From Pseudomonadota bacterium (GTDB lineage Bacteria > Desulfobacterota > Desulfobulbia > Desulfobulbales > SURF-16), in the NCBI GenBank assembly GCA_043809085.1, contig JAZDEG010000030.1:21378-85377 (forward strand): a stretch of 64,000 nucleotides of DNA. Direction: 5' to 3'. The notes under the pieces were generated by a model. That model was given only the letters and a program-made list of their open reading frames with translations, made no database searches and had not been told where the DNA came from. This document shows positions 40,069 to 49,757 of this stretch, piece after piece (positions within the stretch are counted from its first letter, which is position 1; each line of letters starts with the position of its first letter). The position numbers were made by a program, and so were the translations under genes.

Positions 40069-41628
40069 TCAGACTAAAAGTTGATCTTCCTGAACACGAT
40101 GTTTTTTCTTGATTTTTTCAGGCTTCCACGGATAAAAGGTGAAACAGACTGAAACCACAATGGTCAGAAGCAGCCAGTCAACACCAAAAAGGATAAGCGC
40201 ATCCGTGGAATACCCCCCATACGCTTTGCGTAGCTCAGCCATGAAGGACTGCCCCACTATGACAACAAGAATAAGGGGGGTGAAATAGCGCACACAAACG
40301 TCCCACAACAAGGACAGGCGCAAACCGCCCGCACGGTTGACATGCTCCCGCGCCACCCGTGTTTTAAGTATCCAGCCGACCAGATAACACTCAATAATCC
40401 CGCCTATAATCAAACCGTAATTGGTAATGAAATGGTCAGTAATGTCAAGAATAAGCAATCCGGCACGGGTGGTGAAAACAATGCTGCCCAGAAAGCCAAG
40501 CAGGCAGGTTGCGCTTACCACAACCTTGCGCGACCAGGAAAATTTATCGAGTATCGAGCAGGTCAAGGCCTCTATCAGGGAAATACCTGATGAGAGACCG
40601 GCGACAATCAGAACAAGAAAAAACATGGCGCCAAAAATTGACTGTCCCATGGGAAGCTGCCTTATGGCCTCGGGGTAGACAACAAAGGCAAGCTGCGGCC
40701 CCCCCTTGATCACCTCACTGAAACCGACCCCCTTGACATGAGCCATGAATCCGACAATGCCGAATACGGCAAAACCGGCAATAAAGGAATAGGTGCAGTT
40801 GATGACAGCCGTCCAGATCGCATTGCCGACGATATCTGTTTTTTTTGGCAGATAACTGGCATAGGTGATCATGATGCCGAAACCAAGCGACAGTGTGAAA
40901 AAAATCTGACCAAAGGCAGCGGTCCATACGGACCAGACCTCCGGATTGTCAAAATTTTTGAAAATATTAATTTTATCCCAATCAGCGGAGAGATAAAAAT
41001 TGCGAATTCCGTCGGTTGCCCCGTCAAGGGTCAGAGTCCACCCAACGAGAATAAATGTAAGCAGAAAAAGAATCGGCATGAAAATGGTACACGCCTTTTC
41101 AATACCATGATTGACCTCACGGTAACAGATAATCCAACAGAGAAACCAGACGACAAAGGTTGAAGAAAGGATGGGAATTCTGATCCCGCCGAGATGAAAA
41201 GGTGAATCGGTCACCTGGAGGAAAGAGTTGAAGAAAAAAGCCTGCGGATCCGCCCCCCAGGCAAGATTGAAAGAAAAGAAAAAGTAGTTGATGCACCAAC
41301 CGATTATCACCGAATAATAGAGCATGATGCCGAACATGGCAACAGTCGGCATCCACCAGCCGGCCCACTCCCATCTGGAAGACACACGAGAAAAAGCCAG
41401 CGGAGATGAACCTTTTTCCTTGTGTCCCAAAGCATACTCAAGAATCATCAAAGGAATGCCGGCCAGCAGCAGGGCGCAGACATAAGGGATCAGAAAGGCG
41501 CCGCCGCCATATTCATAGGCCATATAACTGAAACGCCATATGTTGCCGAGCCCGATGGCAGAACCGATGGCTGCCAGCAAAAAGCCTATTTTGCTGCCCC
41601 AGAGAGCCCGATGCGCAGATTCAGTCAT
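40069..41628 (-). CDS. Sodium-dependent transporter, neurotransmitter:sodium symporter (NSS/SNF) family.
   Basis: 519 aa. It has the NSS signature GFLLAAIGSAIGLGNIWRFSYMAYEYGGGAFLIPY and a polytopic profile. Confidence 0.9.
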   Translation of the reverse strand: MTESAHRALWGSKIGFLLAAIGSAIGLGNIWRFSYMAYEYGGGAFLIPYVCALLLAGIPLMILEYALGHKEKGSSPLAFSRVSSRWEWAGWWMPTVAMFGIMLYYSVIIGWCINYFFFSFNLAWGADPQAFFFNSFLQVTDSPFHLGGIRIPILSSTFVVWFLCWIICYREVNHGIEKACTIFMPILFLLTFILVGWTLTLDGATDGIRNFYLSADWDKINIFKNFDNPEVWSVWTAAFGQIFFTLSLGFGIMITYASYLPKKTDIVGNAIWTAVINCTYSFIAGFAVFGIVGFMAHVKGVGFSEVIKGGPQLAFVVYPEAIRQLPMGQSIFGAMFFLVLIVAGLSSGISLIEALTCSILDKFSWSRKVVVSATCLLGFLGSIVFTTRAGLLILDITDHFITNYGLIIGGIIECYLVGWILKTRVAREHVNRAGGLRLSLLWDVCVRYFTPLILVVIVGQSFMAELRKAYGGYSTDALILFGVDWLLLTIVVSVCFTFYPWKPEKIKKKHRVQEDQLLV

Positions 41629-41729
41629 TTATACCCTCACTGATTTGAGTGCCGAATAATGCCAGTACCTTTTTTTTCAGCTGAAATGTTCATATATCGG
41701 TAAAAGCCACTCTAAATGAAAATAAATCT

Positions 41730-41759
41730 TTGTCAATACAGTATGGAATCAGGTAATAT
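41730..41759 (+). promoter_or_regulatory. Sigma-70-type promoter candidate for the YhdH/AcuI-like gene.
   Basis: TTGTCA (41730..41735), an 18-nt spacer, then TAATAT (41754..41759), about 55 nt upstream of the ORF start. Confidence 0.3.
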
Positions 41760-41812
41760 GATTTGATAGAACATCTTAACCGCATTGTTTTACTGACAAA
41801 AGAGGTATATGT

Positions 41813-42826
41813 TTGACAGTTATGTTACAAGAAAATTTTCAAGCCCTGGTTGTCAGGGAAGAACCTGATAATGTTTTTACCAGGAAGATTGAGACGAGAA
41901 ATATCTCCGACCTGCCTGATTACGATGTTCTGATCAAGGTTCATTTTTCCTCACTGAATTACAAGGACGCCCTGTCCGCCTCGGGCAACAAAGCTGTTAC
42001 AAGGCGCTATCCGCACACGCCGGGAGTTGACGCTTCAGGTACTGTTGTTGAAAGCAAATCGAGTCTCTATAAACCCGGCGATGAGGTTATCGTCACAAGC
42101 TTTGACCTCGGCACCAAAATTCCGGGTGGCTTTGGCCAGTATATCCGTGTTCCCGCGGAATGGATCGTACCACTGCCAAAAGGATTAAGTCTTTTTGATG
42201 CCATGGTCTACGGGACTGCCGGATTCACCGCAGCCCAGTCGGTACTTAAAATTGTTGGGCATGGCGTTCAAACGGAAGACGGCAAGATACTGGTCAGCGG
42301 AGCAACCGGAGGAGTTGGGAGCATTTCGGTAGCAATCTTGGCCAAACTGGGTTTTGAGGTCACAGCCGTGACCGGCAAGAGTGAAGAGCATGATCTGCTC
42401 CGGCAACTCGGTGCAGTTCACATTCTTTCACGCCGGGAAGCGACGGACGGCACCGGCCGGCTTTTGCTGCGGGAAAAATGGGCCGCGGCCATCGATACCG
42501 TGGGCGGGGAGATACTTGCCACGACTATCAAGTCCACTTGTTATGGGGGAATCGTCACCTGCTGCGGCAATGTCGCCTCTCCTGATCTTGCAACGTCGGT
42601 TTATCCTTTTATTCTTCGCGGGGTAACCTTGTGCGGGATTGATTCAGCCAGTTGTCCTTTATCCATTCGTTCCACGGTGTGGTCGAAACTTGCCGGAGAG
42701 TGGAAGCTCAATCTGCCGCAAGTCGCCATAAAAAATATCGACTTAAGTCAATTAAACAATGAGATAGAAAGCATACTTAAAGGAAAAACAAAAGGTAGAG
42801 TCGTTGTCAGTTTACATCAGAGCTGA
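41813..42826 (+). CDS. Zn-independent MDR-family quinone/enoyl reductase, YhdH/AcuI type.
   Basis: 337 aa. The pattern VLIKVHFSSLNYKDALSASGN...YPHTPGVDASGTV...VSGATGGVGS matches the YhdH family. The start is uncertain: TTG at 41813 or ATG at 41822. Confidence 0.75.
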   Translation: MTVMLQENFQALVVREEPDNVFTRKIETRNISDLPDYDVLIKVHFSSLNYKDALSASGNKAVTRRYPHTPGVDASGTVVESKSSLYKPGDEVIVTSFDLGTKIPGGFGQYIRVPAEWIVPLPKGLSLFDAMVYGTAGFTAAQSVLKIVGHGVQTEDGKILVSGATGGVGSISVAILAKLGFEVTAVTGKSEEHDLLRQLGAVHILSRREATDGTGRLLLREKWAAAIDTVGGEILATTIKSTCYGGIVTCCGNVASPDLATSVYPFILRGVTLCGIDSASCPLSIRSTVWSKLAGEWKLNLPQVAIKNIDLSQLNNEIESILKGKTKGRVVVSLHQS

Positions 42827-42891
42827 TTGGTGTTTAGGCTTGATGGAAACAAACCATAAATTGCCCAACCCGGCATTTCTGCATAAATAAA

Positions 42892-43749
42892 ATGGAAGCT
42901 GAAAAAAAATATATTCAAAATATCGACAAACTGATCCCCCGTCCCGATATTGCCCTGGATGTTCTGCAGATGGCCCATGATGAACAGGGGAACATCCAGG
43001 AAATGGCAAAAAAAATCGAGATAGACCCGAGCCTGACCGCCAACATGCTGCGGCTTGCCAACTCCGCGTATTTCGGCCACATGCGGGAAATCACGTCGGT
43101 GAAGGACATCATCATCCGCCTCGGGCTGGAAACCGTGAAAATCATAGCCATTACCGGGGCTTCCGTCGGTCTGATGAAATCACCGCAGCAGGCTTACAAC
43201 CTTGAAACGGGGTCTCTATGGCAGCACAGCCACGCCACCGCAGTCCTTTCCACCGTGATCGCCAAATATGCGGAAATTGAAGATTCCAGCAGTATTTATA
43301 CCGCGTCACTGCTCCATGATGTCGGCAAGGCAATTTTAAACAGGCCGCTGCAGATAGCCATCAGCAACAATAAAAATATGGGAAAAAAATTCCGCACATT
43401 GATTGAGCTTGAGATGTATCTGCTCGGTACCGATCACGCCAAGGTCGGCATGGCTCTGCTGCAGAAGTGGGGGCTTCCCGAGGAAATCTACCTGCCGGTT
43501 GGCTTTCATCATTTCCAGAAACATGCCAAGGAAGAACAACTGCTTCACGTGAAGATCGTCAGCCTCGCCAATTTTCTGGTGGAAAGCATCGGCATCCGTT
43601 CACTGATACCGGAAAACTTCAACTTTGATGTGCAGGAATTCATCGACCAGAATCAGGAATTGCCCGATGTGCCGAATTTCCAGGAAAACATGGAGAAAAT
43701 TATCAACAAATTCTTTTATCAGTACACCGAGACAACAAAATTGATTTGA
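42892..43749 (+). CDS. HDOD domain signalling protein.
   Basis: 285 aa. The HDOD pattern is present (MLRLANSAYFG...IIRLGLETV...LLHDVGKAIL...DHAKVGMALLQKWGLPEEI). Confidence 0.8.
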   Translation: MEAEKKYIQNIDKLIPRPDIALDVLQMAHDEQGNIQEMAKKIEIDPSLTANMLRLANSAYFGHMREITSVKDIIIRLGLETVKIIAITGASVGLMKSPQQAYNLETGSLWQHSHATAVLSTVIAKYAEIEDSSSIYTASLLHDVGKAILNRPLQIAISNNKNMGKKFRTLIELEMYLLGTDHAKVGMALLQKWGLPEEIYLPVGFHHFQKHAKEEQLLHVKIVSLANFLVESIGIRSLIPENFNFDVQEFIDQNQELPDVPNFQENMEKIINKFFYQYTETTKLI

Positions 43750-43782
43750 AAGAGAAGTGAAACAAATTAAATTTTCTTGGCA

Positions 43783-44844
43783 TCACTGAAGATCACGCTG
43801 ACGGAGCAATGTCACCCGGTTTCCTCCTTCCCGTTTTGCCAGATGCAGGGCTTTATCGGCCAGGGAGAAAAAATCTTCATAATTTTTGCTGTTATCATGG
43901 CTGTTTGCCGCGAGACCGATACTGATGGATACCTGACGGCTGATCTTGCCGTCATTAAAAACAAACTGACTCATCTGGGTATGAATATCCCTGGCGACTA
44001 TCTCCCCTTCCTGGCAGTCGGCATCCGGCAGCAGAACTCCGAATTCATCACCGCCTATCCGGCCGCAGATATCGGTACTTCGCACCTTTTCCACCAGTAT
44101 TTCGGAAACTTCACTCAACAGATAATCACCGAACTTTCTGCCGCAGGAATGGTTGATTTCCTTGAATTTATCGATGGCGATAAGCAGCAACACCAGCCCG
44201 CTGCCACGACGCTCAGCCAATCGGTATTCTCGTCCAAGCACCTCAATGAAGTGACGACGATTGATGAGTCCGGTAAGATCATCCTTGATCTCAAGCTCAC
44301 TGAGCTTGGTCAACATTTTTTTGCAGTCGGTGATATCCCGGCAGACGATAAGACATTGCCAGACAAAACCGAACTCATCCTTGATGGGATAGGCGGAAAT
44401 GGAATACCATCTTCCTCCCAGTCTCGGTTCGTTTCTTTCAAGATGAAAAGATTTCCCTGAATGAAAAACCTTACAGGCCGGGCAGTGGGATGCAGGATTA
44501 TCCTGTCCGTGAAACAGATGAAAACATTTTTTCCCGGAAAGATCTTCTTCGTAACCAAGGATCTCGCTGGTGGCCTTGTTGGCCCTGACAATATTGAATT
44601 CCCGGTCCACGATGTACAAAAGATCATCAAGGACATTAAACGTTTCCTGCCAGAGCCGGTGGGGATCAAGATATCTCCCCAGGCTTTTCGACGTATTTAC
44701 GCCATTTCCAGAGGATTCAAGTTCCTCTATCTTCCTGCGCAGTCTGGCCACATCCTCGGCCAACTCCTCGCGCGATTTATTACAATATTTCATGACAGCT
44801 TGTCCCCTTCCTGCAAAGCTGTTAAGAATAAAATAAAAGAACAA
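43783..44844 (-). CDS. PAS-GGDEF diguanylate cyclase.
   Basis: 353-aa ORF. It has a PAS-like N-terminal half and a GGDEF domain with an intact motif (RIGGDEFGVLLPD) and an RxxD-like I-site region. The true start may be the internal MKYCNK. Confidence 0.85.
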   Translation of the reverse strand: MFFYFILNSFAGRGQAVMKYCNKSREELAEDVARLRRKIEELESSGNGVNTSKSLGRYLDPHRLWQETFNVLDDLLYIVDREFNIVRANKATSEILGYEEDLSGKKCFHLFHGQDNPASHCPACKVFHSGKSFHLERNEPRLGGRWYSISAYPIKDEFGFVWQCLIVCRDITDCKKMLTKLSELEIKDDLTGLINRRHFIEVLGREYRLAERRGSGLVLLLIAIDKFKEINHSCGRKFGDYLLSEVSEILVEKVRSTDICGRIGGDEFGVLLPDADCQEGEIVARDIHTQMSQFVFNDGKISRQVSISIGLAANSHDNSKNYEDFFSLADKALHLAKREGGNRVTLLRQRDLQ

Positions 44845-44939
44845 CTGACGGAAATTGCCAACAGCTATTCCGTCAAAATTTTTGCATTTTATATCAACCT
44901 GCTGGAAAATTCCAGTAATAAATTTATATTCTTATCTTC

Positions 44940-45629
44940 ATGAAACAAAAAAGAGAATGTCAGAGATGCGGCACCTGCTGCAGGAAAGGCGGACCAGCTC
45001 TGCATAAAGAGGACAGAGAGCTGATTGAAAACGGTACGATTTCCCTCAGTCATCTGGTGACTGTCAGACAGGGAGAACCGGCGTTTAATCCCTTCAAGGA
45101 ACAGGTTGAGCCTGCCCGGCACGAGTTCATCAAAATCGGCGGCAAAAAGGGAAGCTGGGAATGTCTTTTTTTTGACGGGGTCAAGTCGGCATGTACCATC
45201 CACCAAAACAGACCACTGGAATGCCGACTGCTGGAATGCTGGGATACGGATGCAGTGGGTGAAATTACGGGAAGGGACTGCTTATGCCGTTTTGATATCA
45301 TGCCGGACAACGTGCACATGAAGGACTTCATTGTCCGGCACGAAGAAACCTGTTCGATGAGCCGGGTATGCTCACTGCTCGACGAACTCCTGGCAGACGA
45401 GACGCAACAGGAAATCCATGAACGGCTAACCGGGATAATGCAAAAGGATCTGCAAATACGCAGCAGCGCTGTTGCCAGATTTCATCTCAGCCTGGAAGAG
45501 GAGCTGTTCTATTTTGGTCGTCCACTCTTTCATGCCCTTCACCATCCGCGCCTACATATTGATTTCAAAGGCGGGACAATCCGTTTGTCAATCCTCCCTG
45601 ACGCCACAAAGGGCTCATGTTCACGCTGA
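44940..45629 (+). CDS. YkgJ-family (UPF0153) Cys-cluster protein.
   Basis: 229 aa. The N-terminal CQRCGTCCRKGGP motif and the later C..C..C residues are typical of YkgJ. It ends 1 nt before the convergent pgm stop. Confidence 0.65.
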   Translation: MKQKRECQRCGTCCRKGGPALHKEDRELIENGTISLSHLVTVRQGEPAFNPFKEQVEPARHEFIKIGGKKGSWECLFFDGVKSACTIHQNRPLECRLLECWDTDAVGEITGRDCLCRFDIMPDNVHMKDFIVRHEETCSMSRVCSLLDELLADETQQEIHERLTGIMQKDLQIRSSAVARFHLSLEEELFYFGRPLFHALHHPRLHIDFKGGTIRLSILPDATKGSCSR

Positions 45630-45630
45630 C

Positions 45631-47283
45631 TTACAATCCCGCCTTGGCAAAGGAGGCAGTCACTATCTCCTTTGCTTCCTGCTGGATCTGCTTGAGATGA
45701 TCCCTACCCCTGAAACTTTCGGTGTAAATTTTGTAGATATCCTCGGTGCCGGAGGGACGTGCGGCAAACCAACCGTTTTCCGTCACCACCTTGAGCCCGC
45801 CGATGGCGGCATTGTTGCCCGGGGCGTGGGTCAGTTTGGCGACAACAGGTTCTCCGGCAAGAGTATGCGCCTCCACATCATCAGGGGATAGGTTGGACAG
45901 AACGTTCTTCTGCTTTGACGTTGCCTGTGCTTCAAGCCTCTCGTAAACAGGAGAACCGTATTTTTTCTCCAGTTCCTGATAATGGTATCCGGGATCTTTT
46001 CCCGTCACAGCGGTGATTTCAGCGGCTAGGAGCGCCATGATGAATCCATCCTTGTCAGTGGTCCACACGGTGCCGTCTTTGCGGAGAAAAGTTGCCCCAG
46101 CGCTTTCTTCACCAGCAAATCCGAACTCTCCGGTGAAAAGCCCCTGCACAAACCACTTGAAGCCCACCGGCACTTCCTTGACGGTTCGCGTGATGCCCGT
46201 CGAAACCCGATCAATCATGGAACTTGACACCAGGGTTTTGCCCACGGCAATATCAGCTTTCCATTCTGGACGATGGGTATACAGATAGTTTATCGCCACC
46301 GCCAGATAATGGTTGGGATTCAACAAACCGGAATTCCGGGTGACAATACCGTGCCGGTCATAATCCGGATCATTGCCAACCGCGATATCGAAATGGTCTT
46401 TCAGGGCGATGAGGGAGGCCATGGCGTAAGGAGAAGAGCAATCCATACGAATCTTGCCGTCCTTGTCCAGGGTCATGAAGGAAAAAGAAGGGTCAACCCG
46501 GTTATTGACCACCTCTAAATTAAGGCCGTAGGTTCGGGCGATAACGGGCCAGAAGTCGATGCCGGAACCGCCCAGCGGGTCAACTCCGATCTTGATGCCC
46601 GAACGGCGAATAGCCTCCATGTCAAGGACATTGGCCAGATCATCCACATAGGGCTGGATATAATCGAAGGCGAGCGCCAGTGGCGAGGAGAGAGCCTGCG
46701 CGAAAGAAATCCGCTTCACCCCCTTGAGCCCGTCAGCCAGAAAACCATTGGCCCTTTTTTCAATGACCTTGGTCGCGTCGCTGTCCGCCGGCCCTCCATG
46801 GGGCGGATTGTATTTAAAACCACCGTCTTCCGGCGGATTATGGGAGGGCGTGATGACCACACCGTCAGCCGGGTTGTCGGGATGCAGTCGGTTCCAGCAG
46901 AGAATGGCATGGGAAATCACCGGAGTTGGGGTGTATCCCCTGCCCTGCTGGTAGCGGACCGCAACATCATTGGCGACAAACACTTCAAGGGCTGTGGCAA
47001 AAGCCGGTTCGGACAGAGCGTGGGTATCCATGCCGACAAAAAGCGGGCCGGTTATCTTCTGCTCCCGACGATACTCGACAATGGCCTGGGACACTGCCAG
47101 GATATGATGTTCATTAAAGCTTTTTTTCAGGGAACTTCCGCGATGTCCTGAGGTGCCGAAGCTCACCTTCTGGCTGCTTTGGCTGACATCGGGGGAATAT
47201 TGATAATATTCGGCAACGAGCCGGGGAATATTGCATAAATTTTCCTGCAACGCGGGCTTTCCCGCCCTGGGGTGAAGAGCCAT
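45631..47283 (-). CDS. pgm: Phosphoglucomutase, alpha-D-glucose-phosphate specific.
   Basis: 550 aa. It has the active-site loop ([15 protein letters not shown]), the metal site ([10 protein letters not shown]) and a sugar-binding loop (GEESAG). Confidence 0.9.
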   Translation of the reverse strand: MALHPRAGKPALQENLCNIPRLVAEYYQYSPDVSQSSQKVSFGTSGHRGSSLKKSFNEHHILAVSQAIVEYRREQKITGPLFVGMDTHALSEPAFATALEVFVANDVAVRYQQGRGYTPTPVISHAILCWNRLHPDNPADGVVITPSHNPPEDGGFKYNPPHGGPADSDATKVIEKRANGFLADGLKGVKRISFAQALSSPLALAFDYIQPYVDDLANVLDMEAIRRSGIKIGVDPLGGSGIDFWPVIARTYGLNLEVVNNRVDPSFSFMTLDKDGKIRMDCSSPYAMASLIALKDHFDIAVGNDPDYDRHGIVTRNSGLLNPNHYLAVAINYLYTHRPEWKADIAVGKTLVSSSMIDRVSTGITRTVKEVPVGFKWFVQGLFTGEFGFAGEESAGATFLRKDGTVWTTDKDGFIMALLAAEITAVTGKDPGYHYQELEKKYGSPVYERLEAQATSKQKNVLSNLSPDDVEAHTLAGEPVVAKLTHAPGNNAAIGGLKVVTENGWFAARPSGTEDIYKIYTESFRGRDHLKQIQQEAKEIVTASFAKAGL

Positions 47284-47571
47284 GAATTCCTCCTGTGGAT
47301 ATCATTTGCCACATGCAAAAAATTTGTATTACTTTCATACAGCCTGCTACATCTCCATCCAAAAGTCAATAGAATTGACAACAATATCAAGAAGAAAGAC
47401 ATCATGGACAGGAAATCACGGACCAGGCGTCCGACCAGTTGTTTCCGGATGAATCATTATTACTACTCTCCCGCTATGCTGTATTAAATATTTGTGATAT
47501 GTTTTGTATGTGAACAGGGTGTAACAACCCATTAATTACTCCCCAAAAAGAAAACCAGGGACCACTTTCAT

Positions 47572-48009
47572 ATGAAAATACTGACAACTCCGCGCATGGA
47601 GCGCTGCATAGGCTGCCATTCCTGCTCCCTGGCCTGTGCTCGGCTTGTCCATAAAAAAATATCATGGCAGACTGCGGGAATCAGGATTCATTCCTCCGGG
47701 GGGCTTTCAACCGGTTTTATCGCTAAAAACTGCCTTGCCTGTGATCCGCCACCCTGCGCTGCGGCCTGCCCCACCTCCGCCTTTTCTCCGCGAAAAGGCG
47801 GAGGCATTATTGTCAAAAAAAATCTGTGCATCCGTTGCGGGGAATGCGCTCCCGCCTGTCCGGTGGACGCGGTTTTCCTTGACGGGAACGGAGACCCCTA
47901 TGTCTGCATTCACTGCGGCCGATGCACGTCCTTCTGCCCCCATGACTGCCTGGAAATGAAGGAACTTGAACAAACCTCAGCGGAAGCGGAAAAGGAGGAA
48001 AAGGCATGA
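47572..48009 (+). CDS. 4Fe-4S dicluster ferredoxin-like protein, AOR-associated.
   Basis: 145 aa with four Cys clusters (CIGCHSCSLAC, CLACDPPPCAAACP, CIRCGECAPACP, CIHCGRCTSFCP). It overlaps the next gene by 4 nt (ATGA). Confidence 0.8.
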   Translation: MKILTTPRMERCIGCHSCSLACARLVHKKISWQTAGIRIHSSGGLSTGFIAKNCLACDPPPCAAACPTSAFSPRKGGGIIVKKNLCIRCGECAPACPVDAVFLDGNGDPYVCIHCGRCTSFCPHDCLEMKELEQTSAEAEKEEKA

Positions 48010-49757
48010 TCAGAGACCACTTCAGGGTTATGGTTGTCGACCTTTCCGCAAGCAGGGGGAAGGTAGTCAACGTTGACGGACGCGACAGCGAGATCGGCGG
48101 CAGCGGCTTGGCCGCCCTGCTTTTCACCAAATACGGCAAAGCCGGCAAACCATGGAACGACGAGGAGCAGCCGATTATTTTCGCCATCGGCCCACTGACC
48201 GGTTATTTTCCCCTGATGAGCAAGACGGTATGCGCCTTCAAATCGCCCTATCATAACCAGTATACGGAAAGCCATGCAGGAGGGCGCACCGCCTACTCCC
48301 TGCGCTTTGCCGATATTGACGCCCTCGTTATCACCGGCAGGGCGCCTGTGCTTTCCTGTATTGCCGTCGGTTCCCGACTTATGGAAATAAAAAAGGCCGA
48401 TTTCATGCAGGGCATGGATGTGGTGGAGAGCGGAAAACTGCTCCGCCGCATGTTCAAGAAAGGTTCAGGACACCGAAGCATCATGCGAATCGGACCTGCG
48501 GGGGAAAACGGCGCCGCCATGGCGTGCATCAACGCCGACACCTATCGCCATTTCGGCAGATACGGCGGGGGCGCCGCCATGGGCGCCAAAAACCTCAAGG
48601 CCATTGTTATTCAGGGTGACGCCATCTTTCCTTCTCCGGCGGAAAAAGAGTACCCCGATCTTTTTCAGGAGGTTCACACCCGGCTGACCTCAACCGACAT
48701 GATGAAAAAATATCACAACCTTGGGACTCCGGCAAACCTCAAGACCCTTAACAAGATAGAGTCTCTTCCCTGGCGCAACCTTCAGGCAACTTCAGATCCT
48801 GCCATAAACGGTATCACCGGCGAAGCATTTGCCGATAACGCCCTGTTGCGCAACAGTTCCTGTTCCGGTTGCCCGGTTGGATGCATACATATTGGTTTTG
48901 TCAGGGAAAAATTCATGGAGGACAACCGCTATCTCTACCGCCAGGTGGCCTATGATTACGAACCGATTTTTTCCTGCGGGTCCATGCTGGGAGTGACCGA
49001 CACCTTTTCCGTTCTGACCATTATGGATGAAATGGAAAAAACAGGTCTTGATGTGATGTCCGGCGGTGTTGCCTTGGCCTGGGCCACCGAAGCTTTTGAA
49101 AAAGGCCTTATTAGTGAAAAGGAAACCGTTGTTCCCCTGAAATTCGGCAATGCGGAAAATTATAAAAAGGCCGCCGGATTCCTTGGTCGCGGTGAAAATG
49201 ATTTTTATCGGCTCCTCGCCCAAGGAACCATCAAGGCGGCGGAGCATTACGGCGGCGAGGATTTTGCCTGCGTGCTCGGTCAGGAGATGGCGGGTTACGC
49301 CACGGGCGAGGTCTTCTTTGCCTCTCAGTCCCTGAGCTTCCGCCACTCACATCTTGACACCGGCGGCTACACTTATGACCAACAGCATGAAGACCGGGTT
49401 GTCGAGAATGCGGTTGATTTCCTGATGGAAGACGAACTGGGTCGCATCGGTCTGACCTGCATGGTCGCCTGCCTCTTTGCCAGGGGAGTCTATACCGACG
49501 AACTTGTGGCGCGATGCCTTGACTCCGTCGGCTACGGCAGTCTTGCCGCAAATATTGACAACGCAACCCGTCATGTCCAAAAACTCCGCTGGCGCACCCG
49601 TTTTTCCACGGGCTACGACATTGATTCCGTCACTATCCCGAAACGGTTTTTCAAAATAAAAACATGGAAGGGTCCCATCGACGGTCCATATCTTGATGCG
49701 TTAAAAAAAAGATATGCTGAACGGATTGTCGCGCTGGTCAATGAGGAAAACAGATGA
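48006..49757 (+). CDS. Aldehyde:ferredoxin oxidoreductase (AOR) family tungsto/molybdopterin enzyme.
   Basis: 583 aa. It has an AOR N-terminal domain (GGSGLAALLF, GPLTG), HFGRYGGGAAMGAKNLKAIVIQG and the C..C..C Fe-S ligand region. Confidence 0.85.
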   Translation: MIRDHFRVMVVDLSASRGKVVNVDGRDSEIGGSGLAALLFTKYGKAGKPWNDEEQPIIFAIGPLTGYFPLMSKTVCAFKSPYHNQYTESHAGGRTAYSLRFADIDALVITGRAPVLSCIAVGSRLMEIKKADFMQGMDVVESGKLLRRMFKKGSGHRSIMRIGPAGENGAAMACINADTYRHFGRYGGGAAMGAKNLKAIVIQGDAIFPSPAEKEYPDLFQEVHTRLTSTDMMKKYHNLGTPANLKTLNKIESLPWRNLQATSDPAINGITGEAFADNALLRNSSCSGCPVGCIHIGFVREKFMEDNRYLYRQVAYDYEPIFSCGSMLGVTDTFSVLTIMDEMEKTGLDVMSGGVALAWATEAFEKGLISEKETVVPLKFGNAENYKKAAGFLGRGENDFYRLLAQGTIKAAEHYGGEDFACVLGQEMAGYATGEVFFASQSLSFRHSHLDTGGYTYDQQHEDRVVENAVDFLMEDELGRIGLTCMVACLFARGVYTDELVARCLDSVGYGSLAANIDNATRHVQKLRWRTRFSTGYDIDSVTIPKRFFKIKTWKGPIDGPYLDALKKRYAERIVALVNEENR

